From NCBI GenBank assembly GCA_963848965.1, contig CAWKFG010000005.1, positions 64,686 to 128,685 of the forward strand: 64,000 nt of DNA, in the 5' to 3' direction. Source of the DNA: an uncultured bacterium. GTDB taxonomy: Bacteria > Babelota > Babeliae > Babelales > Babelaceae. A program made the translations under genes and the position numbers. Numbering within the stretch: the stretch's first letter is position 1; each line of letters opens with the position of its first letter. The notes below the pieces were generated by a model. That model was given only the letters and a program-made list of their open reading frames with translations, made no database searches and was not told the DNA's origin. Positions 10,395-20,630 of the stretch are shown one piece after another.

Positions 10395-12239
10395 TTGTGG
10401 ATCATAGTTCTTTTTTTTACCATTACTTTCTTTGCTGAATCTGCTGTACAGTGGACTCAGGATGCGAGTACTTATGAGTTTTCTGTCTATTTTCAACCAG
10501 AAGCAGTGTATGCAAAGAATATCTATTGGTTGAATAATGAAGCATGTGACGAAGTATTATATGCACGCCATTACCTTGACCTTCAATCACTATATACGTA
10601 TCGCGAAGATGTAATGAAAGCTAAGGCTGTCGTACGTTCTCGCACGATCTGGGGTCATACACCAGAAGCACTATGCACAAGTAGGGTCCCTGTTAAAGAG
10701 TTTGGCATAACTTTTGGAGGACATAAGCATGGGCTCTGGTTGAGTGAAGTATGGATACGCGAGCTATGGCTTGAAGGTAGTCTAAACGATTTTTTAGGAT
10801 TGCCTTTTTGCAATCGACATATACTTACTATTGGTGCTTTTTCTTTTGAATTAGGCAGAGGTATCTCATTAGGCTCTGCATATCCGAATTTCCCTCTTTT
10901 AGTAGGTGTGGATATTGATAGTGCAATTGATCAATATGCATTTGGAGCAAAACTGTCAGGAGAACTCTCTAAAAATCATCTTTGGTATGATATTTATGGA
11001 GCTATTTTTAGAGAACGAGCACTTGATATAACTGATGATGATCTTTTTGAGCGAGCTTGTGATCGCGGTACCTATGGTTATAAAGCCCATCCGTTTGAAA
11101 GAACTTTGCACTGTGGACTTCGTGATTTTGCTGTTGCAGCACGACTGAGGTGGGAACCGCTTGATAAAGATGAGAAAAAAAAGGTATATTTTGAACCTTA
11201 TGTGCTCGCGTATCATGCTCCTGACCTAAAAATAGAATTTTCTCATGAAGGGAAAAGTACTTTAGTAACACTGGGGCTTGCTGGAGAGTATACGTTTAAA
11301 AATGTTGAATGTGGTTTTGAGTGGGCTTTTAATAGAGGAGGTCAAGAGGTATTTGGTCTTGATAGAAATAAGCTTATTATGCATGACGATAACGGCGTTC
11401 TTCAAGTAGTTAATGACCAAGTAGTTGTCAGCAGTATAGATCATGATGCTTTAGCGACTCCAAAAAATGAGAAACTTATTCGTTTGTCACCTGCTTGTCA
11501 AAGTAAGAACGGGAAACCACTTTCATCTACTTTAAAGAATAAGCCTTTTAGATTCCAAGATCCTTATTGTGTTCAGTATAGAGGCTTTTTTTTCGTTGCA
11601 GATCTGAGTTTTATTCTTTTAAAAGATACGTGTAAAGTGAGTTGTACCTGGGGCTATGCATCTGGTGATAATGATGTGCATAAAAGGATACTAAAGGAAC
11701 ATATATTAGAAGACTGTAAAAAAGTTGTAGATTTTACAGGGTTTGTAAGCGTTAACGAAACCTATGTTGGCAAGCGGGTGCTGAGTGCACTTTTTCTTAA
11801 TGGTGTTGGTGTTTTTCCTCGTCCTATCACCTTTGGCTCTGTTATAGATTCTTCTGCTTCTTTAGTAGGAGGTTTTACCAACTTAGTGCTTGCCGGTTTT
11901 TCTACCGATTTATGGTATAAATTAGAGCCACATCGATGGCATATTAACCCTAATGTACTCTTTTTTTGGCAAGACCATTCTCCTTGCTGGAAAGACAAAA
12001 AAGTTCCTTCTTACTTAGGAGTGGAGCTCAATTGTATAACTGAGATGCAGCTTTTTAAGGATTTTTCTTTCTATGCTATAGGGTCTGTATTTGTGCCAGG
12101 CTCTTGTTATAAGTTTCTTACAGGAGTGCCTCTTAGCAGTGAACAGGTAGAGAGTTTTGAAGAGCATAAGGTATCTCATGGCTTTCTTGGGCATGATCCT
12201 GCATACCTTATTAACTTTGGATTGAAATATACGTTTTAA
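10395..12239 (+). CDS. Putative outer-membrane beta-barrel protein
   Basis: Signal peptide, aromatic-rich amphipathic strands, C-terminal Phe motif INFGLKYTF. Confidence 0.65.
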   Translation: MWIIVLFFTITFFAESAVQWTQDASTYEFSVYFQPEAVYAKNIYWLNNEACDEVLYARHYLDLQSLYTYREDVMKAKAVVRSRTIWGHTPEALCTSRVPVKEFGITFGGHKHGLWLSEVWIRELWLEGSLNDFLGLPFCNRHILTIGAFSFELGRGISLGSAYPNFPLLVGVDIDSAIDQYAFGAKLSGELSKNHLWYDIYGAIFRERALDITDDDLFERACDRGTYGYKAHPFERTLHCGLRDFAVAARLRWEPLDKDEKKKVYFEPYVLAYHAPDLKIEFSHEGKSTLVTLGLAGEYTFKNVECGFEWAFNRGGQEVFGLDRNKLIMHDDNGVLQVVNDQVVVSSIDHDALATPKNEKLIRLSPACQSKNGKPLSSTLKNKPFRFQDPYCVQYRGFFFVADLSFILLKDTCKVSCTWGYASGDNDVHKRILKEHILEDCKKVVDFTGFVSVNETYVGKRVLSALFLNGVGVFPRPITFGSVIDSSASLVGGFTNLVLAGFSTDLWYKLEPHRWHINPNVLFFWQDHSPCWKDKKVPSYLGVELNCITEMQLFKDFSFYAIGSVFVPGSCYKFLTGVPLSSEQVESFEEHKVSHGFLGHDPAYLINFGLKYTF

Positions 12240-12268
12240 GGGACAAGAAGTGCTTGCCCCTTATAGTA

Positions 12269-12481
12269 TTATTTTTGTACGTCTGCAAGTTTTTTTTCAG
12301 TTGTTTTTAGTTGCTCAACCGCTTTTTCAGCTTCCTTTACTTCTCTTTCAGCCGTTTTAGTATCTTTTTCAACTTCTTTTTTCAGCTCTGCAGTGCGTGT
12401 TTCTTTTGATTTAAACCAATTAGTCGCTTCTAAAGAAAATAAGGTACCAGTGATTAAAAGCGCGAGGACAAAACGTTTCAT
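12269..12481 (-). CDS. Small secreted coiled-coil protein
   Basis: Signal peptide, K/E-rich helix, AGGAG RBS upstream. Confidence 0.7.
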   Translation of the reverse strand: MKRFVLALLITGTLFSLEATNWFKSKETRTAELKKEVEKDTKTAEREVKEAEKAVEQLKTTEKKLADVQK

Positions 12482-12875
12482 ACTCTCTCCTTAGTATTTA
12501 TATAGTGTATAGCCTTTTTGGCTTTGCTCTCTAACAGTAAGTATAGAGTATGCAAAGATCTAAAAGCAATAATTTATATGCAATTATAAATAATTATAAC
12601 TAACTATTTATACTTTTTCATCCGGTTATTAGAGTAAAAAGTTCAAGGGTAAAAACAATTATATATAACAACAATTCTAGCTGTCTGAAAATAAAGGTCT
12701 TTCTTAAGAGAGTGAAAGAGTGCTACTTGAAAAACATACAGTATATGATACAGTAAAAAGGCATTATAGTGAGCTATTATAGCTAGATTCAGAATTATTT
12801 AATATCAAAAATTTGTAGCGCATATGCCCTGATAGCTTACTCTCTACTATTTTAACTATATAACTAGGAGAACCG

Positions 12876-13562
12876 ATGATTGTATTTTTTTGTTTAATGA
12901 TAGTTATAGAACTGGGTCTTGCTAGTAATGTAGTTGCAATGGAACAAGATGTGCAAAACGTTGATACACAACCTTTTCAAACAGCCTTGGCTCAAAAAGA
13001 TTTTACTAGACTGTATGCTACTCTTGACGCATATCCTCAACTACGGCAAGAATATTGGAGAAATTTAATGCAGAGACAAGTTGACACCCCTGTTAACAAA
13101 GAGGATGTAGATGCTCTAAACGTAGAACAGCTTGAAAGATTAGATCGTGAATTGAAGCCGCTGTTAAATCTTATAGCAAGACTCTATGCTTTTGTTGATG
13201 AAGACCAAAAAAGAATTGAGGCAGCAACTTGGACCGGCAAGGATAAGATCTTACTACAAGGAGGTTCAAAAATTGTACCTCTTATTGTAATGTACTCTGC
13301 TTATGTAGCTTATAATTATAGTAATATGAATATAGTATTTTTAGGGTGCATGTTAAGTGTAGAAGCTCTTCTTTTATGTGTTCTTTATGGTGTTATATGT
13401 GACACGTATGTCCCTCGATTACCGCACGATTTTGAATATTCTAAATTGAAAGATATGCTTAAGAGTGCGCAAACTAAAGTAGGGACATTAAATGGATGGG
13501 TTAGCACTGCGCTTGTACAAAAAAAATATGTTAATGGATTCATAAATTTACCAACTGCCTGA
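12876..13562 (+). CDS. Hypothetical protein with signal peptide and two TM segments
   Basis: AGGAG RBS; VVA-ME motif; hydrophobic hairpin. Confidence 0.7.
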   Translation: MIVFFCLMIVIELGLASNVVAMEQDVQNVDTQPFQTALAQKDFTRLYATLDAYPQLRQEYWRNLMQRQVDTPVNKEDVDALNVEQLERLDRELKPLLNLIARLYAFVDEDQKRIEAATWTGKDKILLQGGSKIVPLIVMYSAYVAYNYSNMNIVFLGCMLSVEALLLCVLYGVICDTYVPRLPHDFEYSKLKDMLKSAQTKVGTLNGWVSTALVQKKYVNGFINLPTA

Positions 13563-13626
13563 ATGTTTATTCTATTTTTTGAATAACAGTAGTAACTACT
13601 AGTCGAGTAAGCTCTTTTGAGGAACC

Positions 13627-15390
13627 ATGGAACATTTTGAACGAACGATTGGCTGTGGTGAGATTACACAGCATTTTTTAGGTAAAGTAGTAACGCTTAA
13701 TGGATGGGTACATCGCAGACGTGATCATGGAGGGCTTATCTTTGTTGATCTTCGTGATCGTAGCGGGATAATGCAGGTGGTATTCAGTAAAGATATTTCT
13801 GTTCAATCACAAGAGCTTGCTCAGCAACTTCGATCAGAATTTGTTGTATCAGTACGCGGAAAGGTAGTTGAGCGTGCTTCAGGAACAATAAATACCGAAA
13901 TTCCCACGGGCCGTTATGAGCTTCAAGCTCAAGAGCTTTCTATATTAAATAAGGCAAAGGCTCTTCCTTTTTCGCTTGAACATGCTGATGAGGTTGATGA
14001 AGAGATGCGGCTTAAGTATCGTTACTTAGACTTAAGACGACCTGTTATGCAAGAGCGTATAAAAATGCGCCACAACATTATTTTTGCTATGCGTGAGTTT
14101 TTGGTGCGTGAAGGATTTTATGAAATTGAGACGCCGATACTCACTAAAAATACTGCTGAAGGAGCGCGTGAATTTTTAGTACCATCACGATTACATAAAG
14201 GTTCATTTTATGCCCTTCCTCAATCGCCACAGCTTTATAAGCAGATTCTTATGTGTGCTGGCATGGAAAGGTATTTTCAGGTGGCACGCTGCTTTAGAGA
14301 TGAAGATCTTCGTGCAGACAGGCAGCCTGAGTTTACACAGCTTGATATGGAGATGTCTTTTAGTACGGAGAAGGATATTCAAGGAGTTACTGAGCGGCTG
14401 CTTGCTCATATCTTTAAAAGTATTTTTAATAAAGAAATACAGTTACCTTTACGCCGTATGACGTATGATGAAGCATTCAGCACATATGGTTCAGATAAAC
14501 CAGATTTACGATTTGCTCTTGCCATACACGATGTAAGTGCTCTATTTGAAGATACGCAACTTTCCTTTTTACGTGCAGCTCTCGATAAGGGAGGAAAGAT
14601 AGGAGCTTTAATAGTCAAAGAGCATGCTTTTACGCGCTCTGAGCTAGAGCATTGGGTAGATCAAGCGCTTAAAAATGGTGCTAAAGGGCTTGTGTGGATA
14701 AAGTTTAAAGAAAATGGTGAGTTTGAAGCTCCTATTGCACGTTTCTTGCCACAAGATTTTTATGCACGTATGCGTGCTCTTGTACCAGATCTGGCTCCAG
14801 GAGATACGGCATTTCTTGTTGCAGGTCCTTATAAAGAAAGTTGGGCACAACTTGGTAAGTTGCGTTTGCAGCTTGGAGCTGCTTTACATCTTATACCTCA
14901 AGATGCTCTTGAATTGCTTTGGGTAACGGATTTTCCTTTGCTTGAATATGATGAAGGACGATGGACTTCAGTACATCATCCCTTTACTTCTCCACAACCA
15001 GGGTGGGAACAGCAGGATCCTGCTCAGATAAAAGCTCGAGCATACGATATTGTATTTAATGGTGTTGAGCTTGGAGGAGGTTCTATTCGTATTCATAATC
15101 CTGAAATACAACGTAAGATTTTTGACTTTTTAGGATTAAAGAGAGAAGAAATGGAAGCTCATTTTGGCTTTTTACTTGAAGCGCAAGAATTAGGTTTTCC
15201 TCCTCATGGAGGTATAGCGCTTGGTATAGATCGTTTTGTCATGCTGCTTCTTCATTGTGCTTCTATTCGCGATGTTATAGCATTTCCAAAAACACAAAGT
15301 GGTGCAGATCCTATGATGCAAGCACCAACACCAGTAGATGAAAAAAAATTGGCAGAGTATGGTATTAAAGTTGTTGTAGAAAAGGCATAA
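13627..15390 (+). CDS. aspS: Aspartate--tRNA ligase, probably non-discriminating (Asp/Asn)
   Basis: RRRDHGGLIFVDLRD, ALPQSPQLYKQ, FRDEDLRADRQPEFTQLD, PPHGGIALG; His in RDHGG is typical of ND-AspRS, and gatB is nearby. Confidence 0.97.
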   Translation: MEHFERTIGCGEITQHFLGKVVTLNGWVHRRRDHGGLIFVDLRDRSGIMQVVFSKDISVQSQELAQQLRSEFVVSVRGKVVERASGTINTEIPTGRYELQAQELSILNKAKALPFSLEHADEVDEEMRLKYRYLDLRRPVMQERIKMRHNIIFAMREFLVREGFYEIETPILTKNTAEGAREFLVPSRLHKGSFYALPQSPQLYKQILMCAGMERYFQVARCFRDEDLRADRQPEFTQLDMEMSFSTEKDIQGVTERLLAHIFKSIFNKEIQLPLRRMTYDEAFSTYGSDKPDLRFALAIHDVSALFEDTQLSFLRAALDKGGKIGALIVKEHAFTRSELEHWVDQALKNGAKGLVWIKFKENGEFEAPIARFLPQDFYARMRALVPDLAPGDTAFLVAGPYKESWAQLGKLRLQLGAALHLIPQDALELLWVTDFPLLEYDEGRWTSVHHPFTSPQPGWEQQDPAQIKARAYDIVFNGVELGGGSIRIHNPEIQRKIFDFLGLKREEMEAHFGFLLEAQELGFPPHGGIALGIDRFVMLLLHCASIRDVIAFPKTQSGADPMMQAPTPVDEKKLAEYGIKVVVEKA

Positions 15391-15458
15391 GAGGTATGAG
15401 AACCATACCTCTTACTTAGAACATACTTATATTTATGACTCTGTAGGCGATAGTGATA

Positions 15459-15713
15459 TTAATCAGCAACATCTTGTGTATCTACTGGCGTTTTTGCACC
15501 AGTAGGTTCACAGACGGTTCCTATACCTGTGCAGTATCTTCTGCATTCACTTTCTGACTCATAAACGTCAGTAAATACACTGTCTGCCATATTATCTCGC
15601 GAGCAAATATATTTAATATCAGGTGCTTTTGCTGGAGAAGTTCCTAGATCTCCTCGTTGAGCTATAAGAGAACCTGCTATAAGAGTGAGAAACAGTACTA
15701 CTAGTTTTTTCAT
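15459..15713 (-). CDS. Small secreted 4-Cys protein
   Basis: Signal peptide; C...YESESECRRYC...C. Confidence 0.7.
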   Translation of the reverse strand: MKKLVVLFLTLIAGSLIAQRGDLGTSPAKAPDIKYICSRDNMADSVFTDVYESESECRRYCTGIGTVCEPTGAKTPVDTQDVAD

Positions 15714-16125
15714 AGACTTCCTTCCTTTGTTTATATTCTTTGTATTTAGTATAAAAAATAAAAAATAAAGTTATCAACAATAATGTATATTTTAATAAAA
15801 AATTGATAATTGTAAGTTTTAGGCTAGGCGCTTCAGATAGAGGATCTGAATGCGTTGCCTGAAAAGCAGAACTGCAGCATTTGAAGAGAAGGATTTACCT
15901 TGATACTTCACATGATTGGTTTGAAAAAAAAATCAAGTTTCATGTCTGGAATGACTGTGTCTTAGGCATACCGACTCTCAAACACTCAAATTCACTTAAG
16001 CATTTTGCTAGGTCTTAGTCCTTACTTTAAACGATCTAGAGAAACCAACACTTTCTAGAACTTTTTAGTTTGTATATACTATACTCTAGCAGTACAAGAT
16101 AAAAATACCTTGGCATTAGAGTCTC

Positions 16126-17799
16126 ATGAAAAAGCTACCCATAGGAATTAGTGATTATAAGAAGGTTATAGAAGATAGTTATTACTACGTAGATAAAACT
16201 CTTCTTATAAGAGAAGTGCTAGATATCAACGGCGAAGTAGTTTTACTGCCACGCCCACGTCGGTTTGGCAAAACCTTAAATCTTTCAATGCTTCAATACT
16301 TTTTTGAGCATACTATCACTAAGCATGATTATCTCTTTTATGATACTGCTATTTGGCAAGATGAGTCAAAAAAAAAGCTTCAGGGTTCTTATCCTGTTAT
16401 CTTCTTGACCCTTAAGGATGTTAAAGAAAGCAACTGGGAATATGCTTATGCTCGTATGGCATCAGTAATTACTGATGAGTTTAGGCGCCATGCACCCGTG
16501 CTGCTGCCCACACTTTCTTCTTACTATCTAAAGGATTATACTGCTATTCTTGAAAGAACAGCGGGCTATGTTGATTACGGCCAAAGTCTGTTGCTTTTAT
16601 CAAATCTTTTAAGCGACCATTATCAAGAAAGAGTTATGGTGCTTATTGATGAATATGATACTCCTATTCATGCAGCTTATGTACATGGTTATTATGATAA
16701 AATTATCGATTTCATGCGCTCATTGCTTACTGCTGTTTTGAAAGACAATAAATCACTAAAAAAGGGAATTTTAACAGGAATCTTACGTACAGCGAAGGAA
16801 GGCATATTTTCCGGGCTTAATAATCTGGATGTGTTTACGCTTACCAAATCTACATTTTCAGATAAATTTGGCTTTACTCAAGAAGAAGTGGATCAGTTGT
16901 TAGCTTACTACAACTTATTAGAGACAAAAGACGCCGTCACTCAATGGTACAACGGTTATAAATTTGGCAATACGGTCATTTACAACCCTTGGTCCCTTAT
17001 AAAGTGTGCCTCTGAAAACGGTAGATTACAGCCTTATTGGGTTAATACTAGCGATAACCAGCTTATTAAAAAGCTTATTGCATTATCAGATACTGATACC
17101 AAGTTAGAATTGGAAAAACTTCTTACCAAGCAGCCTATTACTCAAGAAATAGATGAGGCATTTATTTTCCCGGGTATTGAGGACAACCCTCGAGCACTAT
17201 GGAGTCTTTTGCTTTTTACTGGCTATGTAACCTATACTCACTGTGATCTTGTAGAAGGAAAGGAATTCTGCAATCTAACTATTCCCAATAAAGAAATTAA
17301 CTTACTTTATCAAGATCTCATCAAGGCTATATTTGAGCAAGCTCTAGCCCTACCAAAGATACGGCAGCTTATACAAGCCCTTACCCATGGTGACAGCGAA
17401 ACGCTTACAGTACTTCTTCAAGAATTTATACTCAACAGCGCAAGTGTATATGATTTCTCTGACAGAGATCTTGAGAAAAGCTATCATCTTTTTGTCTTAG
17501 GTCTTTTGGTTCTTTTAAGCGACCATTATGAGATAAAATCAAATCGAGAAGCTGGGTATGGTCGCTTTGATATTATACTTATTCCTTACGAAGAACATAA
17601 AGCTGGTATTATTATCGAGCTCAAGAAAGTATTAACCGCAAAAAATGAAACGTTTGAGTCAGCAGCAACAAGAGCACTCGAGCAAATAGAAAGTATGCAT
17701 TATGCTCAAGAACTACGAGGACGCCATCTAACCTCTATTATAGCTTTTGGTATTGTCTTTGAAGGCAAAAAAGTGCTTGTACAATCACGAAGGCTTTAG
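16126..17799 (+). CDS. AAA-ATPase-like + PD-(D/E)XK nuclease protein, paralog of 4458..6143
   Basis: LPIGISDY, PRPRRFGKT, IDEYDTP, SNREAGYGRFD...IIELK. Confidence 0.9.
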   Translation: MKKLPIGISDYKKVIEDSYYYVDKTLLIREVLDINGEVVLLPRPRRFGKTLNLSMLQYFFEHTITKHDYLFYDTAIWQDESKKKLQGSYPVIFLTLKDVKESNWEYAYARMASVITDEFRRHAPVLLPTLSSYYLKDYTAILERTAGYVDYGQSLLLLSNLLSDHYQERVMVLIDEYDTPIHAAYVHGYYDKIIDFMRSLLTAVLKDNKSLKKGILTGILRTAKEGIFSGLNNLDVFTLTKSTFSDKFGFTQEEVDQLLAYYNLLETKDAVTQWYNGYKFGNTVIYNPWSLIKCASENGRLQPYWVNTSDNQLIKKLIALSDTDTKLELEKLLTKQPITQEIDEAFIFPGIEDNPRALWSLLLFTGYVTYTHCDLVEGKEFCNLTIPNKEINLLYQDLIKAIFEQALALPKIRQLIQALTHGDSETLTVLLQEFILNSASVYDFSDRDLEKSYHLFVLGLLVLLSDHYEIKSNREAGYGRFDIILIPYEEHKAGIIIELKKVLTAKNETFESAATRALEQIESMHYAQELRGRHLTSIIAFGIVFEGKKVLVQSRRL

Positions 17800-18021
17800 T
17801 AACTAATCATTCCAATATAAGCTAATTCTTTCAGAGCAATAATATTTTCATTGGCTGCTTTATATTTTGCCATGTCTGGAATGACAATTCCTTCAAACTC
17901 TTATAATTGTTCTTACATTACAGTAAGCTCACTTTCTGTTTTCATTAAATTCGACTATAATCATTATAAAAATTAGACTGTTCTTTGAGTTTTTGCTTGC
18001 GCTGTTTAAATCAAACTCACG

Positions 18022-18129
18022 TTAACTAAGATATTTTCTAAGGAGCTCATTAATCAGTTGAGGATTTCCTTTGCCTTTAGTCTTTTGCATAGCTTGACCT
18101 ACAAAGAATCCAAAGAGCTTTTCTTGGCC
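18022..18129 (-). repeat. Duplicate of the gatB 3' end (35 codons + stop), att-like direct repeat of 20984..21091
   Basis: Encodes [35 protein letters not shown]; 47-bp identical core 18083..18129 = 21045..21091. Confidence 0.95.
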
Positions 18130-18247
18130 CTTTTTATGCTATGTAATCTAAAAAAACAAAAAGAAAAAAGATGCTCTCTCTATTCAAATTGTGATCACTT
18201 TGTTTTTGTGATTTCAAAGGCTCCAATTAAGAGTTCTCTTATAGATG

Positions 18248-18535
18248 TCAAATAATTGCGATCACTGTTATAACACCTTTGCCGGGTCCATAGTGCCAAA
18301 GTATTCTATAGGCATTTGGGGTATTATTTTGTACATAGGCCCCAAAAACTTTTTCTCCATTTTTTCCAGAGAAACCTTCATACTCATGGGTATTAAGTGA
18401 AGGATGGCGTAAATTTGTTTCCATGAGATCTAGTGTTTTATCTATCAGTTTTAGAAGATTAACTTTTGATTTATCATCTTGGATTGCATCATAATCTTCT
18501 TCAGCTATTTCGCCAAATTCAATCCTGAACTTCAT
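18248..18535 (-). CDS. RelE/ParE-superfamily-like toxin, possibly shortened at the C-terminus
   Basis: 95 aa; NLRHPSLNTH, AYRILWHYG...ITVIAI; overlaps the upstream small gene. Confidence 0.65.
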   Translation of the reverse strand: MKFRIEFGEIAEEDYDAIQDDKSKVNLLKLIDKTLDLMETNLRHPSLNTHEYEGFSGKNGEKVFGAYVQNNTPNAYRILWHYGPGKGVITVIAII

Positions 18536-18791
18536 ATTTGCGCTTTATTTCATCCCAACTTTTTGTTTTACCTTGTCCTACTTGTTGCAAAGATGCTTTA
18601 ATTCTATCAACAAGTTCTTTATTTTTGGGATCATAAATCCAAAGTTCTTCTTCAGGAATTTCCTTTATAGTCATATTCTCTATAATAATTTGGGATAATG
18701 ATTTGCCTTGTATAGTGGAGTATATCTTCAGTGTCTTATGCATTCCTGGTGTAACATCTAAAGATATACGAATTGTTTTTTCATCTTCCAT
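18519..18791 (-). CDS. Putative antitoxin (RHH-like N-terminus)
   Basis: RISLDVTPGMHKTLKIYS...SLSQII; C-terminus IPEEELWIY...GKTKSW; GGAGG RBS; coupled to the toxin. Confidence 0.65.
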   Translation of the reverse strand: MEDEKTIRISLDVTPGMHKTLKIYSTIQGKSLSQIIIENMTIKEIPEEELWIYDPKNKELVDRIKASLQQVGQGKTKSWDEIKRKYEVQD

Positions 18792-18924
18792 GTTTTCGTC
18801 CTCCTCTAATCTAGAGCGTACCCTATTTACTTAAAAAAGTAAATAGTTCCTGCCATGTCTGGAATGAATTGTTATATTTTTGTATATTTTAATATACATT
18901 AATAGGCTCTTATTTTATTTATCT

Positions 18925-19142
18925 ACAGAGTAAAGATTTGGCTAGAAGAGACGCTATATTTTGGCATATTTGAGCAACTGCTGTTCTCTCTTTTATGGCT
19001 TTTAATGCCACTTTGCTTTTGAATGAACTGCCGTAGCTTTATATATTCTTGCCATAGATTTCCTCTCTCAATGACACTGGCTTTAATATCATTATACTTC
19101 TTTTCTCCAATTTCACGTATCTAGTTTCTAGGGGTCATTATA
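18925..19142 (-). pseudogene. IS3-family remnant: left inverted repeat plus frameshifted OrfA (HTH) fragment
   Basis: Minus strand TATAATGACCCCTAGAAACTAGATA (19142..19118); after ATG at 19055 a shifted frame reads SYGSSFKSKVALKAIKERTAVAQICQ...YSVSSSQIFT. Confidence 0.7.
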
Positions 19143-19144
19143 AA

Positions 19145-19274
19145 CTAGCAAAACTTGTCTATGCAACAACACAAGTTAGAAAAAAGCTGATTCAGAGACT
19201 GTTAGCGAATCAGCTTTCCATGATCTTTAAGGCATCTTTATGAGGAGCTCCCATCTATGTGCTTTAAATAAGAA
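19145..19274 (-). repeat. Left arm of a ~130-bp inverted repeat (partner 20583..20709)
   Basis: Reverse complement matches 20583..20709 with 7 substitutions and one 3-bp indel. Confidence 0.93.
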
Positions 19275-19385
19275 GAAAATGAAATTAACATTATTTATGA
19301 GTATTCTGAAGGGAATTGACTTAAAGAATAGTTAATTTATTATAGATAGCTGTATGATTAGCTTAAATTTTTAAGGAAGATTCAA

Positions 19386-20630
19386 ATGAAAATTTTTAAA
19401 TACATGCTTTTACTAAGTGCCATTGTACTACCATCTCTCGTCTTTTCTATGGAGCATGATATGATTTTAAAGCCTGTATTGAAAGAAACCTATGAAAGGC
19501 TTCAGCAAATTGCAAAACGTGCTCGTTGGGTTGCTCTTGGAGATATGGAAAGTGAAATAGGAATAAAAAATGCTTTTATAGAAGCAACACAGCTCCTTTT
19601 GCATCCAGATGTTCAAGCACATAAACAGGTAGTGCAAACGTTAAGAGAAGTACGAAAAGAACTATTTAGAGAATTAAAGGAAATATACGGTAATCCACAA
19701 GCAGTACTGAAAGACCTTGGTAGCAATGCTTATGACTTAGGTGACACTCAATTAGAAAAAATTCAAGATCTTCCATCACATTTAATAGAACCTCCTCTAA
19801 AGCATGAGGATACCATTCTTAGATCAGAGAATCTAAGCAAGGAAACTGGAGATGTAGGATTCAAAATATTGGATGAGCGGACTCAAAAAATATTGGCTTT
19901 CTTAAAGGAATATGATGGATTAAATAGGAAGCTTAGTCAAGATACACAAGAACTTAAAAGAGAGCTTGTTGAACTCAGAGCAGATATAGGACGACTTACC
20001 TTTTTACTTGCTACCAAAGAAAACCAATTACAAGAAAAGCATCAAGAGTGGTTAAAGATACAGCAGCAATGGCAGGTACGAGAACAATACTTGCAAGAAA
20101 GCTCTACAACAGCCATTTCAAACCTTCAAAAAATGCAAATACAAGTCTATGAAAAAGCAGTACTAAAAAACCAATTACAAAGTTATTGTTCAGAAGTGTT
20201 TCCTCAGCTGAATGACCTTAAAGCACAGCTGGATTGCTGTAAAGTCCTTTGGACGATAAACGGTTATATGTCAGCCGGTAGGATTGAAACATGGATGGCT
20301 ACAAAAGAAAAAATTTCTAAATTGATTCCTATAGTAGAGCAATTCCAGAAAGCTCTTATAAAACAAAAAGAACTTGTGAAACCACTACTTCACGAAGGAC
20401 AAATATGGGTAGTTGATGCAATAATAGTCCGTTTTCAAAAGCTAAACGAAGCTCTAACAAAGATAGATAGTATGATATTTTATGATACAAAATCAAAAGA
20501 TGTTCATTGTGATCCGCATGGGTTCGACTTTGATGTGAAAAAACTACAGTTGTTCGAGCAAATAACAGACTGGCCAAAAAAGTTCTCATTTAAAGCACAT
20601 AGATGGGAGTTCCTCATAAAGACGTCTTAA
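19386..20630 (+). CDS. Secreted coiled-coil hypothetical protein, putative effector
   Basis: Signal peptide VFS-ME; Q/E/K-rich heptads. Confidence 0.8.
   Translation: MKIFKYMLLLSAIVLPSLVFSMEHDMILKPVLKETYERLQQIAKRARWVALGDMESEIGIKNAFIEATQLLLHPDVQAHKQVVQTLREVRKELFRELKEIYGNPQAVLKDLGSNAYDLGDTQLEKIQDLPSHLIEPPLKHEDTILRSENLSKETGDVGFKILDERTQKILAFLKEYDGLNRKLSQDTQELKRELVELRADIGRLTFLLATKENQLQEKHQEWLKIQQQWQVREQYLQESSTTAISNLQKMQIQVYEKAVLKNQLQSYCSEVFPQLNDLKAQLDCCKVLWTINGYMSAGRIETWMATKEKISKLIPIVEQFQKALIKQKELVKPLLHEGQIWVVDAIIVRFQKLNEALTKIDSMIFYDTKSKDVHCDPHGFDFDVKKLQLFEQITDWPKKFSFKAHRWEFLIKTS

Larger units (their letters stand above)
15941..18867 (+). repeat. Three exact intergenic copies of CATGTCTGGAATGA (starting 15941, 17871, 18854)
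   Basis: Direct 14-bp matches read from the sequence. Confidence 0.85.

Noticed and set aside
15821..15862. Structured ncRNA from the hairpin AGGC..CGCTTCAGAT-agagg-ATCTGAATGCG..GCCT
   Set aside because: Single imperfect hairpin with no recognisable family; not enough support
18248..18250. UGA recoding (alternative genetic code)
   Set aside because: Other genes end normally at TGA (13562, 43231) and conserved genes read through under code 11
18058..18255. Similar plus-strand ORFs 18058..18255 and 21020..21283 as a gene pair
   Set aside because: They are antisense readings of the duplicated gatB tail
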